In this document: piece after piece, positions 27,783 through 37,093 of the stretch
Numbering within the stretch: position 1 is the first letter of the stretch
Layout of the letters: the number at the start of each line of letters is the position of its first letter
Assembly (NCBI GenBank): GCA_963759785.1
Contig: CAVXAM010000005.1
Coordinates: forward strand, 360,420 to 424,419
Direction of reading: 5' to 3'
Source of the DNA: an uncultured Chloroflexia bacterium
GTDB taxonomy: Bacteria > Chloroflexota > Dehalococcoidia > Dehalococcoidales > RBG-16-60-22
DNA: 64,000 nt
The notes under the pieces: generated by a model
What the model was told of the DNA's origin: nothing
The model's database searches: none
Seen by the model: only the letters and a program-made list of their open reading frames with translations
Program-made: the position numbers and the translations under genes

Positions 27783-29249
27783 TTAGAAACATAGTTTCCC
27801 CGGGTTCATCACATTATCGGGGTCGACTATCTTTTTGACTTTCTTTAAAGCTTGAACAGTGGCGGCGTCTTTATTCAGGATAGCCCGGGCACTTTCTCCA
27901 TAAGGCCTCGAGAAAAACGCCCCCCTGGATATCAACGGGCTAACGACATGGGCAGCAAGCTCTTTAACCCTATTGGCTTCTTTCGCGTTTTCTGGGTTAT
28001 AGAACAGGTTGAATTCTACATGGTAGTTACAGCCCTGAACTAACGGCTGGATATAAACGCCCAGGTCACAACAGGATAGCCCGCTTCATCCGCCGCTTTG
28101 TACATGTAATCGATTAACTCGCCCACTTTCTGGAAGTTGGTAATGAAGAAAACGTCCTGGCAGGCGCCTTTGTAACGTAGTTTCCAGTAAGGTTCGGCAG
28201 ATGGCGCTTGTACAACTTTCAGCAGGTCGAACGCCGAAACTTTGCCCGCCGACCGCGCTGGTTCCAGGTTGGCGCCCTGCGCTATTTTCCAGACATCTTT
28301 TTCATGGGCGCTGATTCTTTCTTCAGGGAAATATTCATAGCCGGCCAGATTATAGAAAAGTATCCAGTCGGGCAGGCTTTCTTTGATTGCTTGGTATTCC
28401 TGCGGCCATTTGTTGGCTATCATCGCCGCTAGGTTCATTTTATTTAAGATAAAGCACTCGTTAGGGATTCTTAATCTGATTAGCCAATGCACCATCTTCC
28501 ATGATGTCATCTAATTGTGAAGAACCCACCATGAATGGTTCTTCAATTTTGGGGAGTATTTCACACCTCGCTGACGCCCAGGTAACGATACCCATCGTCC
28601 CCTGCGACCCGCCTATTAAACGATACCATGAGGCTGAAGAAGGTCCGGCGGCTTCGACTTGAGCACCTCCGGCCGCCCATTGCTCATCCAAGGTGCCCGG
28701 TCCCGCCGCAGCGCCGGTACGAAACATATCGCCGGTGCCAAAGATAATCTCTACACAATCCAGGGGGTCGGCAATGTCCCAATGATACGTGGGCAGGATA
28801 ACCGGCTCTCTCTCCAGCATGCTGGCGGTGACTGACTTTGTGCTCCGCGGCACCAACGGTATATTGAGTCGCAATTTGGCTTTGGTTACCGCCGGAATCA
28901 GTTCGCCGAAGGTCACGCCAGGCTCGAACATAGCCACCCGGTTTAAGCGGTCAACCCTGATGATTTTTTTCATGCCGCTTAAGTCGACGACAACAGCTCC
29001 GCCAATGCTTGGTACGGTATCACCTCGAAAATGTGGCGGACCGGAACTGACCGGTATCAATGGTGTCCTGGTTTCTCTAGCCAGCTTAACAATTTTCTCA
29101 ATATCATCTCTGTTCTTGGGTTTTACAATACACCGAGGCTTAATGGCATTAACGAAGCTCATATCGCTGGCGTATTGGTCAAGCATCGCTGGTTTATTGA
29201 TAACGTTTTGAGCACCAACTATGTCAACAAGCAATTCCTGTTCAATCAT
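27783..29249 (-). pseudogene. FAD-linked oxidase (GlcD-like), frame-disrupted
   Basis: The FAD_binding_4 N-terminal part (29249..~28500), the middle part (ORF 28040..28510) and the C-terminal part ...VYIQPLVQGCNYHVEF...IVDPDNVMNPGKLCF (to 27783) lie in three different frames. Confidence 0.7.
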
Positions 29250-29281
29250 ATTGCCTCCTTGTCTAACCAACTGATTATGCG

Positions 29282-29731
29282 CTATTTACGGGGGAATAGT
29301 TTTTTATCAACGGGATAATCAACCTTGTTTTCCCCAATAATTGCCGAGTATTGGGGAGTAATGGGACAATTTACGAAGAAGAAAGGCGTACCGACTCTTT
29401 TATGCACAATCGGACAATGAATTAGTCCGGCTGGGATATGGACGGCGCAGGTCTGGTTCACCACTATTTTCTCGCCTTCTTCACCAATATATATTTCACT
29501 TTCCGCGTCATAAGCTTTCAAGTCGTCGGAACAAGGCACAAATACAAAGACTTCAGCGAAATCATGTTTGTGCGCATCTTCTTTCCCTTTAAAAGGCACG
29601 CTGACGTGGGTAAACCTGATTTGGAAGTTGCTATCTTTAAGAGCATAAAAAATCATATTTTTAAATGGCGGATATATCGTATTGCGTATAATTTCCGTTG
29701 TCTTAAGATAATCATATTTAGATACAGCCAT
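29282..29731 (-). CDS. single-module cupin-like protein, same family as 21984..22439
   Basis: KYDY, HKHDFAE, AESEIYIGEEG, HIPAGLIHCP. aaggagg RBS. First gene of the minus-strand array. Confidence 0.7.
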   Translation of the reverse strand: MAVSKYDYLKTTEIIRNTIYPPFKNMIFYALKDSNFQIRFTHVSVPFKGKEDAHKHDFAEVFVFVPCSDDLKAYDAESEIYIGEEGEKIVVNQTCAVHIPAGLIHCPIVHKRVGTPFFFVNCPITPQYSAIIGENKVDYPVDKKLFPRK

Positions 29732-30082
29732 ATAGATTATGCCTCCTTCTCATTCGGGTCAATGCGATAATATACGAGAATAAGGATAAGGTCAAGGGCG
29801 ATTTAGTGGAGACACGTTGCAAAAAAATTGGTTGGCGAAAGATTTAAGTAGTCTAACTTGATTAAGGCGGTAAAAAGATGGTTATTTAAGATAAAAAAGG
29901 TTTTATTATTTGAAGCGCATGGAGGGCGATCGGATACAATAGACAAAACTTTTGAATTAGCTTTCAGCCTTCCATTTTAATATTATGAACCGTGCAGTGA
30001 TGCCCATGGAGATAGTCGAACACATAACATTAGAAACTAATAACGACAAATAAAATTAAACTCCCAACCGTCAAAATACCCT

Positions 30083-30694
30083 TCAGCGTTCGATTTTATA
30101 CGCCATTCTGTAAAATATAAACTCACTCCTGTTTATCTTAAATGACGGTCTTTTTTGTGTTATGGTAAAGCCGCTTTTTTCATATAACCTGATGGCCGCA
30201 GTATTTGACGGCATCACATCAAGCACAATTCTTGAACAGCCCTCATGCCGAGCCCGACGGACAGCCTCTTGAATCAATATTCCTCCCAACCCGCGGTTCC
30301 TGAATTCAGGAATAATCGCAATATTACTGATCAGGTATTCATTAGGCTCAAGCGACCCCATAGCGCGGTGGGCGTTTGACATTCTTAATAGTCTTCGGTA
30401 ATATCCGAACCCTAAATATTCACTCATCAGTCTGCTTGTGTTCTGCTGTTGGTTTTGTTCGGTTGTTTGGCTATACGCTAGCAATATACCAACTTTTTTT
30501 CCATCAACCTGCAGAAAGCACGAATTTGCATAACTGTATAAATTATTAGGCTGCGCATACAAATGAGCCAGCAACCCCTCTGTCCTCGTGTCAAAAATGG
30601 CAACCAGCAATTCTGCTGACGGCAATACTAATCGTGAAAACTCACGGGCATCGGCAGGTACTCCCGGTACTATAGCTATATGCTCTGATGACAT
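30083..30694 (-). CDS. GNAT-family N-acetyltransferase
   Basis: RNRGLGGILIQEAVRRARHEG...NTAAIRLYEKSGF is the acetyl-CoA binding motif A. Confidence 0.85.
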   Translation of the reverse strand: MSSEHIAIVPGVPADAREFSRLVLPSAELLVAIFDTRTEGLLAHLYAQPNNLYSYANSCFLQVDGKKVGILLAYSQTTEQNQQQNTSRLMSEYLGFGYYRRLLRMSNAHRAMGSLEPNEYLISNIAIIPEFRNRGLGGILIQEAVRRARHEGCSRIVLDVMPSNTAAIRLYEKSGFTITQKRPSFKINRSEFIFYRMAYKIER

Positions 30695-30730
30695 AATATC
30701 CTACCTGCTGAATAGTTCATATTGCTGCGT

Positions 30731-32509
30731 CTATGAGAAATAAGCCCGCATATGCTCAACGAGTCTGCTATTTTCTTCCGGAAATCGAACAGCAAGCCGG
30801 ACATAATAACCACTATTATTAAATTTTTCGGAAACATCTCTAATGTAGAACGAATGCCGGGCTAAAAGCCATGCGACCAGGCCAGATAATTTTGCATTGT
30901 TCTTGAATTTCACCAGGATAAAATTCCCTCCGCTCTGGTAAACTTTTTCTATGAAGTTCTGTGCGGCCAGCTCGGCTGCAAATGCCTCACGGTCATTGAT
31001 CGTCTTTAGAAATGATTGCGCCAGAGATTGTCGATGCTTTAGGATAATTTCCAAAAAGAATTCCGCAATGCTATTGCTGTTCCATATAGGCAGTGTATCC
31101 CTGACCTGCATATTGAAATGGCTGTTTGGGGTATAAGTAAATCCTAATCGTATTCCCGGCACGCCAAGGACCTTACTCAAGCTCTTAATAACGATGACAT
31201 TCTGCAAAGGGTCCTTTTCAAGCAGCTCGATCATAGAGACCGAGCCGGAAAAATCAATGAAGGACTCATCCACCAGTACTGTTTTTTCAGGATTTCGGGC
31301 TGCATAGTTATGCAGATATGAACTGTTTAAAAGAGTTCCAGTCGGGTTGTTTGGATTGACAAAGACCACCACCCTGCAGTCCTTATCCTTATCGGTTATT
31401 TCATCAGTGTTTATACCGACCTTGTCGGCATAAACAGCGGTGTTTTTAAAAATACGCGGATATTCTCCGAATGTCGGTTCCGGGAGCAATACCTTCTCTT
31501 TTTTATATGCCGTCTGTAAAATTGGATAGATTTGTGAAGCCCCATTGAGAAGGTTCACATTTCCCGGATTGCAGAGTAAAAAATAGGCAAGCTTCTGATT
31601 GAGAATATCCTGCTTTGAGCCATAATTTTGCATCAGATCTACGAGTTCGTTTCTAATTTCAGATATCATCGATTTGTTCGGAAAGTACATGTTTCGAATA
31701 AAAGAGAAATCGACAATGTCGTGGGACCAGTAACCGCCGAATGTTGTTTTAAGAATTTCGACTCTCTTTTCTTTATTAAAAATGAACTCTGATACCCTGA
31801 GATCATTAGGGTCATCAACCTCTGACCACTCCTCGCCATGCAGGATCTCGGCATGTATTACCTCTTTCTGCACATAAATTAGAATGCCCAGAATCAGTTC
31901 ATAGTAACTATTGTCATCAATCACCTTTGCATAGTAGGTCAGTAGCTTCCGGAAGTTCTTATTGCAGAATTCCTTTGAGAACTTGTAGATATTCAGGGTT
32001 TTATATTTATCTGAAAAGTCAAACTCCTCGCTCTGCAGGTGCGGTGGAATAACACTGGTGATGATGTCGTTTGCCACGGAAACCACGGTGCCGTCCATGC
32101 CGCTTCGGTACTTGTCCAGAAGGGCGGCATTGGGATAGGGAGAGTTTATGATTTTATCAATAACCTTGTTTTCATAAATAAGGTCTGACTCAATCAGCAG
32201 TATATCATCATTAATCTCAATTTCATTGAACGCAAGCGCCAAAGAGTAGATATTATTGGTCTCTTTATAGCGGGGATTGTTTACAAACGTAAAATTAACC
32301 TGGCTATAGCGGCTAAGCAGATACTGCTTTAGTTCATCGGCACGGTACCCGGTAACAATGACAATATCTGTAATACCGTTTGCCTGGAGCCCATTAATAA
32401 TGCGTTCGATAATGGTCTCATTACCGACTTTCAACATCGTTTTGTGGACTACATCTGTCAATGGCTTCATACGGTTACCAAGTCCAGCCGTGAGTATTAA
32501 CGCCTTCAT
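30731..32509 (-). CDS. bifunctional sugar/alcohol-phosphate nucleotidyltransferase (N-terminal) and class I/II PLP aminotransferase/decarboxylase-like (C-terminal) protein
   Basis: N-terminus MKALILTAGLGNRMKPLTDVVHKTMLKV (LicC/GlmU-type NTP-transferase). C-terminal half has NPNNPTG, VDESFIDF and SLSKVLGVPGIRLGF (PLP-lysine motif of the HisC/CobD family). Confidence 0.8.
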   Translation of the reverse strand: MKALILTAGLGNRMKPLTDVVHKTMLKVGNETIIERIINGLQANGITDIVIVTGYRADELKQYLLSRYSQVNFTFVNNPRYKETNNIYSLALAFNEIEINDDILLIESDLIYENKVIDKIINSPYPNAALLDKYRSGMDGTVVSVANDIITSVIPPHLQSEEFDFSDKYKTLNIYKFSKEFCNKNFRKLLTYYAKVIDDNSYYELILGILIYVQKEVIHAEILHGEEWSEVDDPNDLRVSEFIFNKEKRVEILKTTFGGYWSHDIVDFSFIRNMYFPNKSMISEIRNELVDLMQNYGSKQDILNQKLAYFLLCNPGNVNLLNGASQIYPILQTAYKKEKVLLPEPTFGEYPRIFKNTAVYADKVGINTDEITDKDKDCRVVVFVNPNNPTGTLLNSSYLHNYAARNPEKTVLVDESFIDFSGSVSMIELLEKDPLQNVIVIKSLSKVLGVPGIRLGFTYTPNSHFNMQVRDTLPIWNSNSIAEFFLEIILKHRQSLAQSFLKTINDREAFAAELAAQNFIEKVYQSGGNFILVKFKNNAKLSGLVAWLLARHSFYIRDVSEKFNNSGYYVRLAVRFPEENSRLVEHMRAYFS

Positions 32510-32512
32510 TAT

Positions 32513-33697
32513 CTATACCTCATTTTTTGTGGTATTAGGTACAACAGGCTTGGTGCACCACTCTATCAAGTAGTCACCGCCTACCTTTGACGATTTGAGC
32601 CAGTTGGAAATATAGGCTGTTCTGTAATGAATAATCTGCTTCCGGTAAGTATCCCGGCTGCGAATTAATTCATCAATAACGGGGCAGATAGAGGCAATCT
32701 CCCTGGTCTCTATTTCTTTTCCGATCTGGCTGCGAACGGCAAATTCTATTGGTTCTATTCCCAGCTCCTTATAATCGGGATTGGTGATTTTACAGGGGGC
32801 ATTTATAAAGAGAACTGGTCGTTCTGTGCCGAAAGCATACTCGTATGATATGGCCGACCAATCAGTTATCAGAACATCAGCCCGATGGATGCTGGCTCTT
32901 GATGCCATGTTCAGCTCCAAAACCATATTTTTTATATTCTTTAGCTTTCCTGCTAATGTTTCGATGAGTTTTCTTTTCCTTTTTATAAATTCTGGATGAG
33001 GACGAAAAATGACGCGATATCCGGAGTTTTTCAATGCACTTATCAGTTCATCTACACAGAATACCAAAATATTGTCGTCATGCCATGAAGGAGCAATCAG
33101 TATGGTCTTCTCGGAAGCATTCTGCGCCGGATTAGTGGCAAGCATGCTCTGGTGGGTAGTATATATTTTTTCTATCCAATAATAACCGCATTCTATAAGT
33201 TTTTTGGGGGGTAACTTGTAGAGCTGTTCAGCTTTGCGAAGCTCATTAATGTCGTACTTGCCGATGCAGAAAATTGTATCATAGGCATTGAATGCGTCTT
33301 TATTATACTGCAGGTGGGTACTCCCGACACCATGAAACAGATAGATGTGATTAACGGAATTGCGGGATCTTTTAATGTGATATTTATCAAGATCGGGCAT
33401 AGTCATAACCAATGCCTTAGCATCTAATCTGGCAAAAGCGGTAGCAAGTAAATTGTTTATGAAAAAAGGATGGATACGGCTGTTTCCAATACGAAAAACC
33501 GGATCATCAGGGTCGGAAGTTATATAGCAGATATCGATATCGGAATGGTCCAGCACATATTGAATATAGCCTTCAAAGTACTGGTAATAGATATCCCGCT
33601 CGGAATAGAAAACCAGGCGTCTGTTCTGTTTGTTGCTTTCAGCAAAAAGCCGGTTATATTCCTGAAACTCTCTTAGGAGAGAGGATATTTTTCCCAT
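32513..33697 (-). CDS. CDP-glycerol glycerophosphotransferase family (TagB/TagF-like) protein
   Basis: ILIAPSWHDD, RPHPEF and DVLITDWSAISYEYAFGTERPVLF match the TagF catalytic-domain signatures APTWRD, HP and ITDYSS. Confidence 0.8.
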   Translation of the reverse strand: MGKISSLLREFQEYNRLFAESNKQNRRLVFYSERDIYYQYFEGYIQYVLDHSDIDICYITSDPDDPVFRIGNSRIHPFFINNLLATAFARLDAKALVMTMPDLDKYHIKRSRNSVNHIYLFHGVGSTHLQYNKDAFNAYDTIFCIGKYDINELRKAEQLYKLPPKKLIECGYYWIEKIYTTHQSMLATNPAQNASEKTILIAPSWHDDNILVFCVDELISALKNSGYRVIFRPHPEFIKRKRKLIETLAGKLKNIKNMVLELNMASRASIHRADVLITDWSAISYEYAFGTERPVLFINAPCKITNPDYKELGIEPIEFAVRSQIGKEIETREIASICPVIDELIRSRDTYRKQIIHYRTAYISNWLKSSKVGGDYLIEWCTKPVVPNTTKNEV

Positions 33698-34006
33698 AAA
33701 TATAATCCTTTGCCTTAACAGAGAAAAGAGGCCTTAGTAAAATCATACACTGCCGAAGAAATGGCTGACAATATTTTGGTCTTCTACCAGAGCATTTTAG
33801 TGGCAAATAATCCGCCTAGTAATTTCCCTAACCGGCACTGAAAAATATCGCTTCCTGTTTGGGGATTAAAATAAACTGAAGTCTTTTGGTAAAGGAGCTT
33901 GCTTGGTAACGTCATAGTTAGACTCCTTTGTTTGACATTACATAATTTCGGTAAATGTTAATATATAATACGTTTATTTGTCAACCTTAACCACACCTGT
34001 AAAATA

Positions 34007-34083
34007 TGGTGGGCGGTAGAGGACTCGAACCTCTGACCCCCTGCGTGTAAAGCAGGTGCTCTGACCAACTGAGCTAACCGCCC
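34007..34083 (-). tRNA. tRNA-Val (anticodon TAC), CCA encoded
   Basis: Reverse complement GGGCGGTTAGCTCAGTTGGTCAGAGCACCTGCTTTACACGCAGGGGGTCAGAGGTTCGAGTCCTCTACCGCCCACCA folds as a cloverleaf. Anticodon loop is TTTACAC. Confidence 0.95.
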
Positions 34084-34086
34084 GGG

Positions 34087-34164
34087 TGGCGCGCTTGGCG
34101 GGGCTCGAACCCACGACCTGAGCCTCCGCAGGGCTCCGCTCTAATCCAACTGAGCTACAAGCGC
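34087..34164 (-). tRNA. tRNA-Arg (anticodon GCG), CCA encoded
   Basis: Reverse complement GCGCTTGTAGCTCAGTTGGATTAGAGCGGAGCCCTGCGGAGGCTCAGGTCGTGGGTTCGAGCCCCGCCAAGCGCGCCA. Anticodon stem GAGCC/GGCTC, loop CTGCGGA. Confidence 0.9.
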
Positions 34165-34175
34165 GTCTTTAGTTT

Positions 34176-34261
34176 TGGTGCCGAGGGGGAGATTTGAACT
34201 CCCACGCCCTTACGAACACTACGCCCTGAACGTAGCGCGTCTGCCATTCCGCCACCTCGGC
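34176..34261 (-). tRNA. tRNA-Leu (anticodon CAG), long variable arm, CCA encoded
   Basis: Reverse complement GCCGAGGTGGCGGAATGGCAGACGCGCTACGTTCAGGGCGTAGTGTTCGTAAGGGCGTGGGAGTTCAAATCTCCCCCTCGGCACCA. Anticodon loop TTCAGGG. Confidence 0.95.
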
Positions 34262-34373
34262 TTGCCTTTGTATTGTAACAATAATGAGATTGGATTTTCA
34301 AGATTAGTTGACAATTCTACAGTTTTCAATTAGTATGTTTCGTATTAAATGTAAAAAAGGAGGGATTTGTATT

Positions 34374-35621
34374 ATGAACAAAGCAGTTATTTGGTTAATC
34401 GTTGCTCTCTTCGTTATCAGTATCGGTGTCGGGGCGTTTTCCATCGTTCTCAATGATAAAATTGGGACATTAGATAGTAATACCCAAGCATTCAAAGCTT
34501 ATACCACTGATCAATTTGGCACGGTGAAAAGTGATGTTTCATCCTTTAAAGCCGACACCGCTAATAAATTCACCGGTGTACAAAATGATATTACTGGTGT
34601 ACAGGACAGTTTTACCAGTTTAAACTCTGACCTGTCTACTTTCAAGAGCGATACAACCACGAAATTAAACTCTGCACAGAGTAGCCTCAATAACCTTAGT
34701 ACAAATGTTGCTAATATCGGGACTCAATTAGACGAGTCAACCATGAACGTACGCCAAATTTATAACAAAGTTATTGGTAGTGTATGCCAAATAATAGGTG
34801 ATGTTGCTTTAGGTTCTGGTTTTGTTTATAGTGCGGACGGATATATAGTAACATGCTGGCACGTTGTTAATGGTCAATCTTACTTAGATGTAAAATTACA
34901 CGACGGTAGAGTTGCCGAGGCGACGGTTGTCGGCAGCGATAGAGCTAGTGACGTCGCCGTGTTAAAAATACACGGATTTTCAGATCTTACACCATTAACA
35001 CTAGTTGACTCCAATACTATAGTGTGTGGTGAGCCAATCATCATCGTTGGTAATCCCCTTGGCATTTTTGAAACGGTGGTCTCTGGTGTTATCAGCCGGA
35101 TTGGAGGAGGGGGATATGTTGGGGGAGTTGGGTATGTTGCCAATTTAATTCAATACGACGCTGCCCAGAACCATGGTAACAGCGGCGGGCCTGTCTTTGA
35201 TAATAAAGGACAGGTTATTGGCATTGCCGAGAGTGGCGAATCTAATGCCGAGGGAGTGAAATACGCCGTTTCTTCAAATAGAGTGAAGAGGGTAACTCAA
35301 GCCATCATAGATAATGGTTCCTTCACCAACGCGACCCTACCCGGCAACTGGTTAATATGGAATATGAGTCCGGAAAAGGCTATCGATTTGGGACTTGATA
35401 CCTGTCTGGGTTTCTGGTTCGAAACAGCTAATAATGTCGGGCAGGTACAAGCGAACGATGTTGTCACTGCCATCAATGGTGTCACGATTAGAGATTTTGC
35501 CGACTTTATTAGCTATATTGGGGAATATAGTAGCGTGGGAGACACCGTAATCCTTACTGTTATTAGAAACGGCTCTACTACAGAAGCAACCGTCACTTTG
35601 ATAGCCGGGTGGATTGAATAG
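34374..35621 (+). CDS. membrane-anchored HtrA/DegP-like serine protease with a C-terminal PDZ domain
   Basis: ATG 34374 with aaaggaggg RBS (the ORF-track start 34308 is unlikely). TM anchor, S/T/N-rich heptad stalk, catalytic triad context TCWHVV...DVAVLKI...GNSGGPVF, then a PDZ-like end. Confidence 0.85.
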   Translation: MNKAVIWLIVALFVISIGVGAFSIVLNDKIGTLDSNTQAFKAYTTDQFGTVKSDVSSFKADTANKFTGVQNDITGVQDSFTSLNSDLSTFKSDTTTKLNSAQSSLNNLSTNVANIGTQLDESTMNVRQIYNKVIGSVCQIIGDVALGSGFVYSADGYIVTCWHVVNGQSYLDVKLHDGRVAEATVVGSDRASDVAVLKIHGFSDLTPLTLVDSNTIVCGEPIIIVGNPLGIFETVVSGVISRIGGGGYVGGVGYVANLIQYDAAQNHGNSGGPVFDNKGQVIGIAESGESNAEGVKYAVSSNRVKRVTQAIIDNGSFTNATLPGNWLIWNMSPEKAIDLGLDTCLGFWFETANNVGQVQANDVVTAINGVTIRDFADFISYIGEYSSVGDTVILTVIRNGSTTEATVTLIAGWIE

Positions 35622-35657
35622 AATCTAAAGTATAATAAACGATTAAAACTAAAAAAA

Positions 35658-35682
35658 GGGGCGGCGCTGCAAGCGCCGCCCC
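35658..35682. terminator. bidirectional rho-independent terminator between convergent genes
   Basis: 11-bp GC-rich stem ggggcggcgct/agcgccgcccc with a 3-nt loop. Flanked by A7 upstream and ctgatttttt downstream. Confidence 0.75.
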
Positions 35683-35706
35683 TCTGATTTTTTCTAATTA
35701 TTTTCT

Positions 35707-37033
35707 TTAGGGCCAATAAAGCTTTTCGGCTTCCTTCTTCAGGTCGGCGCGGAAGTCGGGATGGGCGATAGCGATTAGGTCTAAAGCCCGCTGCCGCTGT
35801 GTCTTGCCCTTGATGTGGGCGATGCCGTACTCGGTGACGACGTAGTCGCTGATGGTGCGGGGAACGGTTACAATCGTCCCTTCTGCCAGCATCGGCGCGA
35901 TGCGCGAAAGTCGCTTTTCACCGCTGCCCACGGTAGAAGGCATCACGGTGATAAACCGACCGCCTTTAGAAAGGAATGAGCCGATAGCGAAGGACGTTTG
36001 CCCGCCCGCGCCGCTGATGACCCGGGGACCGACCGATTCGGCGGCGATTTGCCCGGCGAAATCCACGCTTACCGCGCTGTTAATAGCCACCATATTGTCG
36101 TTAGAGGCGATAATGCGCGAGTCGAGACACCACTCGGCGCTATGCAGTTCGAAGCATGGGTTCATCGTCACGAAGTCCATGTCTTCTTTAGAGCCGCCGC
36201 CGCAGGCTGTAGCGACCGCGATACCGGTTTTAAAATTCTTACGGCTGCCGTTAATGATGCCCTTGCGGATTAAGGGGATGATGCCGCGGGGCGTTGTTTC
36301 GGAATGCCAGCCTAGGTCCTTCCTGCTTTCAAAGGTGCCGAGCGTGCAGCACCATTCGCTGGTCGAGCCGACGCCTACCTGCAGGCAGTCGCCGTCTTTA
36401 ATGAGTTCGGCGACGTAATTAGCGATTTTCTTTTCGACCTCGCCGGCTTCAACGTTTTTCCTGCCCAGGAGGTCGGTGCCGCCCGGCGTTTTGCCCGACG
36501 GCGTATGTTCGACGAAGTAGTCGATTTCGTCGACGTGGATATAGTTATCGCCGTAGGTGCGGATGAGGTTATTATTGACCTCGGCGAGGGCTATTTTGGC
36601 GCGCCGGACTTCCGTTTTCTTCGTCCAGACCGAGGCGCCGAAACTGCAGTAGCCATGCTCGTCGGGCGGAGATAGTTCGACCATCACGACGTCGGCTGGA
36701 CCCCTATCTTCTTCGGTGAAGATAAAGCCCAGTCCCCCGATAGCCAGGTCGCACCGCCGTTCGGCGATAATCTGCCGGACGATAGGAAGTGGGAAGCCGA
36801 CCTCGATTTTAAAGGACATCTCGAAAACCGGGTCGTACCACCCAAAGTCCCTCCCCGGCGTACGCAGCGATAGGAGGACGTTTTCTATCTCACCTAATCT
36901 TGCCGCCAGGGCGAGTCCTAACGCCATAGGTTCGTTACCTTGTGTAAAGCAAACGCGGTCGCCTGATTTAATAACGCTGACCGCCTGTTCCGGTGTTACC
37001 AGCTTCTTCTTATATTCCTCTTGCCAGCCCATA
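35707..37033 (-). CDS. acetyl-CoA hydrolase/transferase family protein (4-hydroxybutyrate CoA-transferase-like)
   Basis: SGAGGQTSFAIGS (GxGGQxDF-type motif). Start set to ATG 37033 (MGWQEEYKK, GGAGG RBS). The longer ORF start at 37122 translates a palindromic repeat (WIPAFAGMT). Confidence 0.85.
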
Positions 37034-37051
37034 GTTTGTTCCTCCCGGTTC

Positions 37052-37078
37052 GTCATTCCCGCGAAAGCGGGAATCCAG
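37052..37078 (+). repeat. 27-nt palindromic intergenic element, copy 1
   Basis: gtcattcccgcgaaagcgggaatccag, containing hairpin attcccgc-gaaa-gcgggaat. Confidence 0.85.
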
Positions 37079-37093
37079 TAGTGGGGAAAAGGA

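Noticed and set aside
29770-34300. Integrative element (integrase, att direct repeat) at the tRNA-Val-flanked AT-rich islet
   Set aside because: No integrase or recombinase ORF is present. I found no convincing copy of the tRNA-Val 3' end at the distal border; only a weak ...tagtcgaac resemblance near 30010-30025. It is kept as a compositional islet only.
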